Source of the DNA: Ylistrum balloti | Lineage: Eukaryota | Assembly: GCF_031769215.1 (NCBI RefSeq) | Contig: NW_026782299.1 | Span: 1,736,001-1,800,000, forward strand | Reading direction: 5' to 3' | DNA: 64,000 nt | In this document: piece by piece, positions 38,792 through 51,136 of the stretch | Layout: every line of letters starts with the position of its first letter | Position numbering within the stretch: the stretch's first letter is position 1 | Position numbers and translations under genes: made by a program | Notes under the pieces: generated by a model | The model's input: only the letters and a program-made list of their open reading frames with translations | Database searches by the model: none | Told to the model about the DNA's origin: nothing

Positions 38792-39476
38792 GTATGTATC
38801 AGTTGTTTCCGTCAAAAATAACCAATAAACCTTAAGTGTTTATGTCAGATGGAATGAAAAGCGGGTGTCAGTTGTTAATTATATAACAGATCTCTTACAA
38901 AAACTCTTCAAAGCAGTATACTTTACAAATGTATATGAAAACATCGAACTGCTTTCAGTTGACCACCATAGGCCAACAAGGTAAGGCCAAGTTCAATGCA
39001 GCACTATGATGAATTTGATTTTATGCAGTTGGAATCTGAAATGCCGCGATACGCCAATTACGGGTAGTTCAATGGGCATATAGTTTATCATTTTCAAGGG
39101 AAGACAACTTTAGTTAGTTTCTTTCCATAGTCCTGCGTTAATGACTGTTAGTAATGCAAAAAATTAACTTTGGTTCTTCACTTGTATGTCTGAAGTACAA
39201 TCTTTAAGATAGTCGGTGGTAGACACTGCTGGTGGACTTTAAGTCCTCGAGGTTTGCTGTAACCTGCTTGCCACATTTAAATGCATTCGAATAGTGGCAC
39301 TGTTCAGAAAATATACGCGTAATTGATGCTTTTCTAAAATTATCTACTGTATGACAATTACAAAATTTATCTTATTATGGGGCTGCTGTACCTCCCAGTC
39401 TAGAGTTTGACTTTTTCGCTGATCATTTTGGATTTTCCTTAGTTGCTTCCATGGCTTCAAAATTTAGGCCTTTAGC

Positions 39477-39915
39477 ATCACTGACGAGTCCTAGAAGGCC
39501 GAACCAGCTGTAGGATATAAAATCACTGACAAGTCCTAGAAGGACGAAACAGCTGTATGATATAGAATCACTGACGAGTCCTAGAAGGCCGAACCAGCTG
39601 TAGGATATAAAATCACTGACAAGTCCTAGAAGGCCGAACCAGCTGTAGGATATAAAATCACTGACAAGTCCTAGAAGGACGAAACAGCTGTATGATATAG
39701 AATCACTGACGAGTCCTAGAAGACCGAACCAGCTGTATGATATAGAATTACTGACGAGTCCTAGAAGGACGAAACAGCTGTATGATATAGAATCACTGAC
39801 GAGTCCTAGAAGGACGAAACAGCTGTATGATATAGAATCACTGACGAGTCCTAGAAGGACGAAACAGCTGTATGATATAGAATCACTGACGAGTCCTAGA
39901 AGGACGAAACAGCTA
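39477..39915 (+). ncRNA. Tandem array of ten 45-bp minimal hammerhead ribozyme units (Penelope-type)
   Basis: Unit ATCA-CTGACGA-GTCC-TAGAA-GGAC-GAAA-CAGCTG-TA-TGAT-ATAGA contains the CUGANGA core, stem II, GAAA, palindromic stem III, GUA cleavage triplet and ATCA/TGAT stem I. Units 7-10 have intact cores. Activity is untested. Confidence 0.85.
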
Positions 39916-41881
39916 TGTTATGCAGTTTAATTGGTTATTTGGCTCTACTGTATCTCACTCTAAATTATGAAATGGTGCTATTCAATTTTGTGTCTTTTGT
40001 ACAATCTTTGGTAAGGTTACACGGTAACAATGTTATAGAGGTCATTATCTATTTAACCAACCCCCCCCCCCCCCCCCCCCACCCCCCACCCCCCAAATAA
40101 GGTATAAAGAGTGAAGTTCTCTCTAGCTGAGAGGAGTTACATGCATCCCTCTCAAGGAAATTAAATCGTTCTCGAGTTTCCCGGGGTTGTAACGATGCTT
40201 GTGAATAACGCTAAATGATATTCTCGAGAGCCACATTGCCTGTCAATGTCAAAGGTCATTGTTTATTTCAATGTATCGATAAGATAAGAACACAGGACGT
40301 CCGGTTCACATGGTTGACCTTTAACCGATGGATCTAAAGAGAGGTTCTCTCTAGCCGAATGGCGGTTAGTAATTTACCAGGGTTACACCTGTTGGTAAAA
40401 AAAAAAAACAACCCAAAAGCAAACAAACAAAATCGTAAGTTTGAAGATAGAAATCCATTTCGGCACTAGGTAAAGTAGCGTTTCAATGCAAAATGTTATC
40501 TAATTTTCCCTGCAGGTTTCCATCTCAATGTGTCCAGCGCTCCACATGACCTAATCTGTTGATGAAGTAGATGCAATAAAACCATATATTGAATTAAACG
40601 TTGAAGTCTCTCTTTAAAAAAAGGCATGAAAATACCAACATGTCATCATAATCGTAATCAAAGCTGTGAACAAAAGAAAGACTTAAACGGAGACTCCTGA
40701 AGAAGGGAATAAGACCAGGTGTTCCGACAGAGTAAGCGTCCTGACTACAGTAAAACTTCCCCATAACTAAAAATTACTGAACAGCCTCTATCTACACACT
40801 TATCTCTTATTGTAACAACATTGATAAGGTATGGAACTATATTGGATGGAATCCTGCTATATCAATGTCTGTTCATGTGTAAATGATTAGCAAGAAAAAG
40901 GAAAGGTATTTCAAATGGGAATTATGATAAAGTTAAGGAACTTTTTTACGCTTTTAAATGTTGGCCTCGACATGGTAAGAGAACTGCTGTTTATCCATCT
41001 CACGCCTCTTTTGGCACAACAGGTCCTAGGTCACACACTTTACTCAAACGTCTTTCAAAGATATATATTTATATCCTGTCATGAATTACTCACATGGGTG
41101 ACCTAAATAATGACAAAACCATTATAATCCATCTGAAAAGTGAGAATAGCTCACCTCTGAATCTCAAACTTGCTGGTTCTAGGTTTCATATTGCGAAGAA
41201 CAAAAAATCGTTTGAAATCTTGATTAAGAAATTAGTTATTAAGTAAAACGTATGGCCAAAGCTGTGAACTTAGATTATACAGAAAGGAAAACATCATCAG
41301 GCCGACCAATATCGGAAATTAACAGATCCGGATACCCTTCCTTTAGCGGAATATGGAGATAGCGAACAGGGTTTTTGATTATCTAGAATATCACAGCTGT
41401 TTTAATAATTTAATAATCATTCACATTACCATTACTGCTATTATGTCGTTTACACGTCTTCGGCAGATGTCAGTTCGACCTCTACTATTTAAAATTTAGA
41501 TTGATATTAAGCATAAAATAAAGTTTAGAATGACTTTAATACGTCCATTAAACAACACAATAATAAACATACTTCCATTTGTCCTAGAATATCATGAGAA
41601 ACATTTTCTATGTCTAGCATTCAAACGTGCCTAGCTACGTTTGTCCCGATAGCGATTTCCGATGAGCTCTTGAGAGAGAAAATTATTACACAGACGAGAC
41701 GACTCCTATTAGCAATGTCAAATGGGTCATGCAAAACGGTTTTACAAGTCTCGACCGACACAGTCTGCAAGATAAATGTTGATCAATTTGAAAGCAATAA
41801 AAATAAGAGTTGCGATCAATTCAAAATATTCTTGAAGGATCAATATGGTACTTACAGCATTTCGTTTTTTTTTGTTTACAG

Positions 41882-41959
41882 GGGGTCGAGGCGTGGTTTA
41901 CACCAGATGGGGCAGAAAAGACTGTCCCGAGGGCAGTGGGAACCAGCTGGTCTACTCTG
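41882..41959 (+). CDS. Short-chain collagen C4-like protein, exon 2 (GRGVVYTRWGRKDCPEGSGNQLVYS)
   Basis: Acceptor TTTGTTTACAG|GG, donor TCTG|GTACGG, phase 1-1; YxRWGRxxCP is the family's NC1 start motif. Confidence 0.88.
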
Positions 41960-43039
41960 GTACGGCGCGATTACGTAATTGCTATGAAAAAGTTGTTTAT
42001 TATACGCATCGCATGCATTGTCTATGTGAATCTTAATGTTTAATGGTCAAGGTAATATTGCTGATCCCCATTTCGAATGCCGATCATTTCTTCCATTAGT
42101 TTTGAAATAGACGCATTTTAATGAATGTTTTTGTTCTGTTAAATCCTAAAATATATTTTAACGAGCTATGTTTGACAATATGACCAATGGCTCTGCATCG
42201 CATGCCTTGTATGGAATTTTTTTTAAAATTTTTTTTTTTCAAATGCACAATATCACCGTATGGGAACGACACCGGATATTGGTATCAAGAGAAGCGGCAA
42301 GGGTTTGTCAGCAGGCAAGCATCCTCGATAATCTTGGGGTTAGGATCACTTTCGCATGTCATGGTAAAGCCTATGGAAAGGCGAAAAGACTAGATTGATT
42401 CTTTGATGCTCATCAAACGATTCTCGAGGTCGCGTAACGATATATTGTAATGGCTTTGTAGTTTTCTGTCGCTCCTTTGTAATCCTCAAAAGGAGCATAT
42501 CATGTTCCAGGGAACGAAAATGATCGTAACTCCTGGAGTATCCATAAGATATCGAGAGAAAACTATATCTTAAGAACCACTCAACACCAGGTTAGATATG
42601 TTGATGTTTTAACGATTTCCGCAGTCAACAAAACCAAACAAACAACAGGCCTTCTAGTACTGACAAAATATTTGAGCATTCATTTTTAGCTACATTCATG
42701 CTTATTATGTCGTTTCTTTTCTAGTATTTCTGCTATAAACGTAGATTGAACATAGTTCCTGCTGATAATTCAAATTGACGTCAAAATCGCAAAGAAAAGT
42801 TGTTTTTCGTTTTTTTTTCGAAAATGTACGGCGACTAAGAGGTATTGTGTACGGCTGCTTGATGTTACCTAAGGTAGGCGGCGTCTTAATAAACACAAAT
42901 AATCAAAAGCCACAAACACAGTTTAAGGATTTTCCTAATTGATACCACGAGGCAACGATATTAAGTCCCTTTAAAAACGCGTGTGTTACATGTCTTCTCA
43001 CCGTGCTCCCCTCTTTTGTGTTCATCTCGTTTATGTTTA

Positions 43040-43544
43040 CAGGGAAATGTACCCTGATACGGAATTATACTCTCTGGTTGAAGCCCAGTAACAGTATACG
43101 TTCCTATGGGTTGGCTATTTCAAAGATTTTAACCAGAAACTGCGCGCCGGGGCCAGACCCCAGGGTCAATTCTTATATCATGATTGAGGTTTTCCTTGAT
43201 GCCTAGTAGTTCTATACATGGTTATGGGGTGGGGATCTCTACCGTTTCTACGATATAACCCAGAAATTAAGTCCCGAGGGGACACCCCAGGGCCAATTCC
43301 TACGTCGTGAATGTGGATATGGGGTGGGGATCTCAACTGTTTGACCAATTCCATCTTTACCCCCTCCAAGCCTGCGCTAGGAAACGAAGACCCACCTTTT
43401 TCACGAAATTTATTCCCCTTCGCCCAAACATGCATCAAACCGATTTGGGCAAAATTCAATTGTTCGTACAAGAACAGTAGGATTTCAAAAGAATTTGCTC
43501 TGTTGCCCTTTTGGCCCTTGGCCTTCGGGCAACGCGAGCTAAAA
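43040..43544 (+). mobile_element. HINE-like element in SSCC intron 2
   Basis: Ends GGCCCTTGGCCTTCGGGCAACGCGAGCTAAAA; interior resembles 59370-59800 (GGGGxCAGACxCCAGGG, AxTTGGGCAAAAT). Confidence 0.6.
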
Positions 43545-44553
43545 TGCAAATAACTGGCGTTATTTCTATGCATAGCATACACAGTATGAGAATATATGGT
43601 ATCTAGCAAATTTCAATCTGTTTCAAATCAATATGCCGTACACAAATTTTTCAACAATTTTCAAATCACCAGTTTCCAAAATATTTTTTTTTAAGATTTT
43701 GAATTTGATTTGAATTGCCTCCAGGAATAATGGACAATCTATGTTAATATTGTTCATACTGAAACAGAAACCACTTTATGGACGATATGGAAGATTATGC
43801 CACTCCATCACTATTAGTTCTGGTTATGCTGGCGACGAAAATCGTTTTAAATAAACGTTGCAAATACAGTTCATGTGTGACCCTTAAAAATAACTATTCT
43901 AGTAATTTCCCGATATGTTACCTCTCGTTCGGCCCGCATGAAAGTTCCGGCCGCTTCGCTTAGTACCAATATCCTGTGTGGCTACCATACGGTGATTTAT
44001 TTACGTAAACATAATTCATAATTAAAATTCAAAGTGGATAATATAACTCCTCCTTAAACCAGTATTCTTTCAATGTAAGGCAAACATTGTTTGTCTACAA
44101 TAATTTTGATCCTATCTTATTTTCGTGTTAACGAAGGTGACCACGCCCACTAACATTCCGGTCAAATATAATGCTCATAAGCCTTAATGCTAACTCATTT
44201 GGTTTTTTTTTTTTTTTTTAAATTTGAAGACCTTGAAAGCGTGTTAAAAGTCACTTCCTATCGCAAAGCGTCATACAGGGAACCTACCAGCCAATTCCGT
44301 GATTCCAGGCCAGGTCTTGTTGTAATTGTTCAATGTTTTTGACCAGAACCCCAGGAAGGTTCCAGTCAGTCAGCTAAACATTGACAAACATTTATGGTTT
44401 TTGACAGTAATCCAATCTAAGCACTGAAAAGATATTCTAAATGGAAACTGGTGAAGACCGGACTTTTAAGATTCCTTCGTTGCCATTAGTAGACAAGTTT
44501 TGGATACCGACAATGAAAAACAAACAGAAAATCATTATATATTTCTTTATCAG

Positions 44554-45029
44554 GTTATGCCGGTGGATCCTGGTACAGCGCTGCTGGTCCGGCTGCCAAT
44601 CCACTGTGCATGCCCCCTGACCCTACGTGGGGGCCACACAAAAATACATCCCTCACCTATCCATCCTACTTGTATGGCGCCGAGTATGACGACACAACCG
44701 TGTTCGGTATGGCTGATTTTAGTGAAGACGTACCGTGCGCCGTGTGTAGAAGTTCAGCCCACTCCATCATCAACATGATACCTGGTCGTACCTCGTGCTA
44801 CCCAGGTTGGACTGTGGCATATGAAGGTCTACTGACATCCGGGTACCCAAAAAGTAATTCTGGTAACGAATTCATTTGTATGGACGGTCATCCTCAGGCT
44901 GTTCTTGGTGGAGGTAATACGAACGATAACGGGCTTCTGTTCTATGCTGTTCTGTCCCAATGTGGATCTCTTCCTTGTCCTCCATATGAGAATAACAAAG
45001 TATTGTCATGTGTTGTCTGTATGATGTAA
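44554..45029 (+). CDS. Short-chain collagen C4-like protein, exon 3 (NC1-like domain to stop)
   Basis: Acceptor TTTCTTTATCAG|GT; GYAGGSWY..ANPLCMPPDP..LYGAEY..DVPCAVC..MIPGRTSCYPGWTVAYEGLL..EFICMD..CGSLPCPPYENNKVLSCVVCMM*; AATAAA at 45030-45035 directly after the stop. Total CDS 765 nt, 254 aa. Confidence 0.92.
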
Positions 45030-45472
45030 AATAAAGATACACAATACAATTTAAGTAATTTTGTCGTGTTCCATTTCTTCTTCAGCTGATACATGATTCA
45101 AGCGCTCGTTCTACCTTTCATTGTTAGATAATACGAAAACGTCTAAGGATTTTGATTTTAACATTCTGTAAGGAATTAGTACACAAGTTTGGTTTATATT
45201 GCTTAACATATTACCAACAATTATGTTAATTTTTGGGCTGCTTGCCGGTTAGTGTAAGTATTGAATAGGTCTTCGTGTGAAGCTTTCTTGTGTGAAAGTA
45301 TGAAAGTGTAACCAACTTGATACTGTTACCACAACACAACTTGTGTACTTAATACTGCCGTCTTCTACCAACGTCTTCCGTTGTACACTTCACTTAGACA
45401 CGTGGTACTGATGACGGGTGAACCACTCGTGAGCCAGTATCATAATGCTGAACATTAACATATTTAAAATAT

Positions 45473-45496
45473 GAGAGAGAGAGAGAGAGAGAGAGA
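45473..45496. repeat. (GA)n microsatellite
   Basis: About 12 GA dinucleotides. Confidence 0.9.
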
Positions 45497-46829
45497 TAAC
45501 TGATGAACATGCATGGATTGTACAAGAAAAGATACGAATGATCTAGATCCCATGTATGTAAATATGAATCGAATCTGTTGAGAGGTTCATAAGATATGGC
45601 ACTGACTGTTCGCTATGGTTATAATAACTTATGTGACGCAGCGACCTATGTGAACTTATGTGACGCAGCGACCTATGTCCCAACAGGACAGACACCTTAT
45701 ACCTGGCATAAAGCATATTTACTTTATCAGAACAATTTGGTTAGATTTTGCGGGGTTTTTTTTTCGTTGTATATTTTCAAACGTCAAGTGTACTCTTTAG
45801 TTATCCAATTTTTTTATCTTACATTTGTATAGAATTTTTTTTATCTATTTAATAAAATTATTTCCGAACCTATACTTTTCCAGACTAGTTAACACGAATT
45901 TCCACTCTCTAGTATCAAAGGCTTTTGCAAAATCTACATATACGCATAAAAAGTAAACTTCCTTGAAAAATCTATGGTGTCCGGTAACTGCCTAACATCA
46001 CATACGATGTTTCTACTTATCAAAACATATGCTGCAATTTTGCAGTCTGTATTCAAAAGTGTTTGGGTCTCCATCTCGTTAGTTAATTTATACACACACA
46101 TATATATATTTTTTTCAAATTAATGTGGCTAAGCCAAGTTGCTCGTATCCTTCATTCAATTAGGCAATTACCATATTTTTAACGATATTCCCTTCATTTT
46201 CGATTTGTGTCAATGTTTTTGATGTTTCAGTGTTTTGATGATGTCCTTTTATTATGTGTATTAGGACTTGTTGATTTATATGAATTTTCATAGAACAATT
46301 TAATCGTATAAAGGATTTAATAACAATTTTTTTATCTTTATTATTCTATTTTTTAAAAGTATTTTAAGTTAAAAATAATCAATGTTTATATCCGGCTTGC
46401 AACCCGGTTTATTCTCGATTTATTTGTGGTCCCCGTTTCAGTTTCTCGTAAAAGGTTTCCAGTCTCTTCTCACTAGCGTCTCTTGCAGTTTTTTCAATCC
46501 CATGCGAGGCTTGTTTTCATATTTAAAATTGCTAATCTTTTCTCAAAGTTGCTTATGCTAATATTTTGGTCTTTATTATTATTTATATTTACAACATTCT
46601 ATTGTATTTTTAAAGCTTGTTTTACGATATAAACATTTACATAAAATATTCTCATAACACCTCATCATATCTAAAATGTATTCTTTTCATTCAGTATTGT
46701 ATTATTAATTTGCCATAACCCTTGCCCGCATCAATTGTCCTTCCCTATATTTAGTTTAATTGATATTGCCAGATGATCCAATGTATTTAATTAGTGCGCA
46801 TGTCTGAAGATTTACTGGCAATCGGTCTC

Positions 46830-47812
46830 TATAGAGTTACTGAGAGTCAGTGTCTCTCTGTAGACTAATTGGGAATCGGTGTCTGCAGACTTACTGGGAA
46901 TCAGTGTGTCTATTTGTAGACTATCAGCGCGTGTGCATTCACTGAAAATTATTACGTCAGTCTGGGAATCGGTGTCTGTCTATAGACTTGCTGACAATCA
47001 ATCGCTTTGTAGCCTTGCTAGGAATCGGTGTACATCCATTAGGAATCGGTGTCTGTCTGCAGATTTACTGGGAATTATTGTCCGTCTGTAGACTAATTGA
47101 GATCCAGTCTGTCCATCTGTAGATTTAATCTGTAGACTTACTGGGAGAAAGTGTCTGTAGACTAATTGGGAATTCGTGTGTCAATCTGTGGAATTACTGG
47201 GAATCAGTGTCCGTCTATAGACTTACTGGGAATCAGTGCCTGTCTGTAGATTTTCTGGGAATCAGTGTTTGTCTGTAGACTTTCTGGGAATCAGTGCCTG
47301 TCTGTAGACTTTCTGGGAATCAGTGTCTGTCTGTAGACTTTCTGGGAATCAGTGTCTGGCTGTAGACTTTCTGGGAAACAGTGTCTATAGACTTTCTGGG
47401 AATCAGTGCCTGTCTGCAGATTTTCTGGGAATGAGTGTCTGTCTGTAGACTTTCTGGGAATCAGTGTCTGTAGGATTTCTGGGAATCGGTGTCTATAAAC
47501 TTTCTGGGAATCAGTGTCTGTCTGTAGGATTTCTGGGAATCGGTGTCTATAAACTTTCTTTGAATCAGTGTCTGTAGACTTTCTGGGAATCAGTGCCTGT
47601 CTGTAGACTTTCTGCGAATCAGTGTCCGTAGGATTTCTGGGAATCGGTGTCTATAAACTTTCTTTGAATCAGTGTCTGTAGACTTTCTGGGAATCAGTGC
47701 CTGTCTGTAGACTTTCTGCGAATCAGTGTCCGTAGGATTTCTGGGAATCGGTGTCTGTCTGTAGGATTTCTGGGAATCAGTGTCTATAAACTTTCTAGGA
47801 ATCAGTGTCTAT
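46830..47812. repeat. 25/29-bp tandem repeat with degenerate 5' part
   Basis: Unit GACTTTCTGGGAATCAGTGTCTGTCTGTA; length varies by a CTGT tetramer; 104-bp higher-order duplication at 47531-47738. Confidence 0.93.
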
Positions 47813-49612
47813 AAACACAATTTTGTATACAGTTTACTCATCCCAATATTATGCATTGATTCTGAATCAAGTTCTACATGTCATGGTCTTGTGTATCCCT
47901 GAAAGCCAATAGGTTCCATCCTTTTACCAGATTTATGGTCCTTAACACTGCTAAATGTAACAATGTTTGTGCTAACAGAAACATGGAGGTATGACAGTTC
48001 TTAATGGATCTATATCTCAGAAATGGTAGGTATTTTGTATACAAATAATAGGAAATTAAACTTACTACAAAGTGCACATAAACTTCTAAGGTCATCAGGT
48101 CAAAGGACAAACTTGACAGATGCATTGCAGTTCTGAAAGCCAATTATCTTTGAAATAATTGGTATTTTCACTTCCAATACATTAGAGTTCAGTAGGCCTT
48201 TACAAGCTCCTCTTTGAGAAGCTTCTGGAGACAAAAGATTAAGGCTTAACTGCCGCAAAGGAATTTGGACCAAATTCATTGATTCTGAAAAGTTCTACGT
48301 TTGTGTGTCATGGTCTTGTGTATCCCTCGGGACAAAGAAACAGGCCCTTTAGAAGAAATAGATGTAAATCTTAAGAAGAGGTCCAAGTGCCTTTTACCAG
48401 ATTTATGGTCCTTACCAATTGCTAAATGCAAACAATAAAGTGTGGAATGACATATTAAGATTTTCAAAGAATGTGAAAAAGTACCATATTTGAGCCCCAT
48501 AATTCCACTCTATATGGGGAGCAGGGGACCCCTTTTTTTACCAGAAGCAAATATTGTTTACGAAAGTCACATCATACACAAAATATGAACCAAGTATTTA
48601 TAAATGTGACGAAAATGAGAGCGAAACAGCCAACCACATGGTTGTGGGAAAAAACTCATCATAATGTTGATATGTTAATGTCAATTACCAGTATTTTATT
48701 TGTAACTGTTTTACTTTTTTTTTTTAACAATATCTTATCATAAACAAGGCACAGCAAACAATAGAAATAACCTCCCAATTCAACTATGATTGATGCAAAC
48801 TAAATGATGGAGGAGTGTGTGAAGTTTGATCCAAATCTTTCAAGGATTGAAGCCTTCAGTAACAAGGTTTTTCTGAAATAGTAAATGTGACCATGATCCT
48901 ACAATACACACTGTCTGAAATATTGTGATTCATCTGAAGAATGTGAAGAAGTATCCTTATTGGTGAATATAGATGTCTGCATCAATTACTTCAATTTTAG
49001 AAATTTTGTGTCTGCTTTATTTAACTTTTCAAAGTTCAGAAAACCTGAAATATAAAAATAGAGATATATTTTTATATAACTACTGACTGCTATCATAGGA
49101 ACAAAAGGCCAGATCTAGTACTCAATCTCTGTTTTCTGCGTTTCCTGTTGGAAGCTCCCTGTTTGTCAACAAACGTAATGATTCAAGATAAAGCATTGTG
49201 TAACATTCAAATTACAAAAATAATGTCCATCCTCCGCAGATATTAAACATAAACTTCAAGTTATGTAACGCTTCTTTTCATTGGATAATTTCCAAGATTT
49301 AATCCCTGATATACTCATGAAATCTGAAGCTAACCCAAAGGCGGCAGTTATTTTTCCAGCTGAGGCAGATGATCGACATTAGCATTGATGGAATTTGCTA
49401 TGAAGCCATGCTTAAATGTGTCATCGAATTTTAAGTGGAAGATATTTTAAGTTTGTCCATAATGTAAGAATGCCAATGAAAACACAGATTAGATCACAAA
49501 TTTTGTTGTTTCAAAACTCGTCGGTGTCTAATGTTCAAATCTCCAGTATATGCATGAAACAAGCTACAATACCCTAACCCAAATCACTGTTTTTAAACTA
49601 AATAGATGTCTA

Positions 49613-49729
49613 CTATTTCTGTGAATAATAATCAGCAATCTGATTTAACAGTCTGTCACAAAATTTCAGTTCAAGCAACTTTCTTCCTGTTTCTGTCCGT
49701 GCAGGAATGTCTGTAAGTGAAGCAAGCAG
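49613..49729 (-). CDS. ACD: TPP1/ACD shelterin subunit, last exon (LLASLTD...KLLELKFCDRLLNQIADYYSQK*)
   Basis: Acceptor GGTCTTTTTCAG|CTG, phase 0; the C-terminal amphipathic segment sits where the vertebrate TIN2-binding motif lies. Confidence 0.7.
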   Translation of the reverse strand: MLASLTDIPARTETGRKLLELKFCDRLLNQIADYYSQK

Positions 49730-51136
49730 CTGAAAAAGACCGAAATCAAAAGTTGAAAAAAGCATGCTTCCACAAAAACACCAATAACCTGGAATATCAT
49801 ATTTGTAGTTTTAGAACCAAACAATGTATAATTTTATCTTCTTTTAAGTAGCTGTGAAATGTCAGGGTTATCTGCTATTTTTAGCTCATTTGGACTTCAG
49901 GGATTTTATATTCTGTCCTAATTTGGTTTGAAGCATCCTTGGATGAAGAGGGGTATCAATTTTGTATAAACAAGAGGTCTCCACCTTAAACATGAGGGGC
50001 TCCGCCTAATAGGGGTAGGAATGTCCGGATTTTGTCACAATTTAGTCTGATGTGTCCTCTGGTATGTGGAAATCAATATTGTTTCAATGATAGTTCTATA
50101 CCCTTTGAGGCAGGAAGGGTGGGTGTAGGAATGTGTAGCTTCTTTCCCAAGTTTGTCAAAAGCATACTTTCATGAAGGAGACTTTTGTTAAATGGTTTGG
50201 CTGACCCCCTAGGCTCTGATGGTTGAGGTCAAAAGGGCATTCCTTTTCCCTTTGTTGGGATAGAGCAGTTAAAGCCATAAAAACCCAGCTGAGTGATTAA
50301 GACCCCATGGACCTTTTGTTTCAAGATTATAAACAACAATACTGAAGCAAAACATGTCTTCTACAGCCCCCACATAAAAACAACAAGAAAATACCAATAT
50401 GAGCACATAATTGTAATCTAAACTCAAATTCAATAAAACTCTATCAAAACATGAACAATTATGCAGATTTATGTGGATATTCTTGAAAAAGTAACAAGAG
50501 AATAATACCAGGTGTTCCAAAAGAATAATCATCTTCAACCCTCAATCAAAAGAGGTAAGATGCAGCTGTTTGAAATTAACTCATCATAATACAGATTTTA
50601 AAGAACTTGCTCTATGTCCACTATTTGGCCACCATTTGATCCCAATGGGCCAGATCCCACTGTTCATACATAATTGATCTCCTTTTTCCTAACATGTCTC
50701 GCACCAAATTGGGACAGAATAAAGGGAACTGTAAAGATTCTAAAAGTTTAATTTTAATTTCCCCTTTTTGGCCTGCCCCTCATGTCTCCTTAGGATTTAT
50801 CAACTTTTCTTTAACAATTTACAACCCCTACCTCCATATGAAGGTGCTTAAGATCAAATTTGGTTAAAATCTATGCAGTGGTTATTTAGGCTGTTGAGCT
50901 AGTAATTACATGGCGGGTGTCGTCTATGAAACAGATACCTGGAATCTGGAATACTACATTTGCTTTGTCAGATAACTGGATATACTTAATGCTAAACTGA
51001 CTTCAAAGTACTGTTTTCTTCAAGTGTGATGTCATCTTCATTCTGAATCAGATGTCAATACAACATTCATTGTTGATGTGAACTCCTTACTATTTTTAAC
51101 TTTGTTCAATATCAAAGATTCCTACTTTTTACATAC

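Noticed and set aside
40059-40094. Poly-C tracts (also near 13910 and 26670) as functional G-quadruplexes
   Set aside because: Simple homopolymers, prone to sequencing error, with no contextual support.
49571-49580. Telomere-like CCCTAACCC just after the TPP1 stop
   Set aside because: Only 1.5 repeat units; expected by chance in 64 kb.
51000-51040. Extra TPP1 exon NEDDITLEEN
   Set aside because: It would end in phase 1, incompatible with the phase-0 last exon unless another unseen exon exists.
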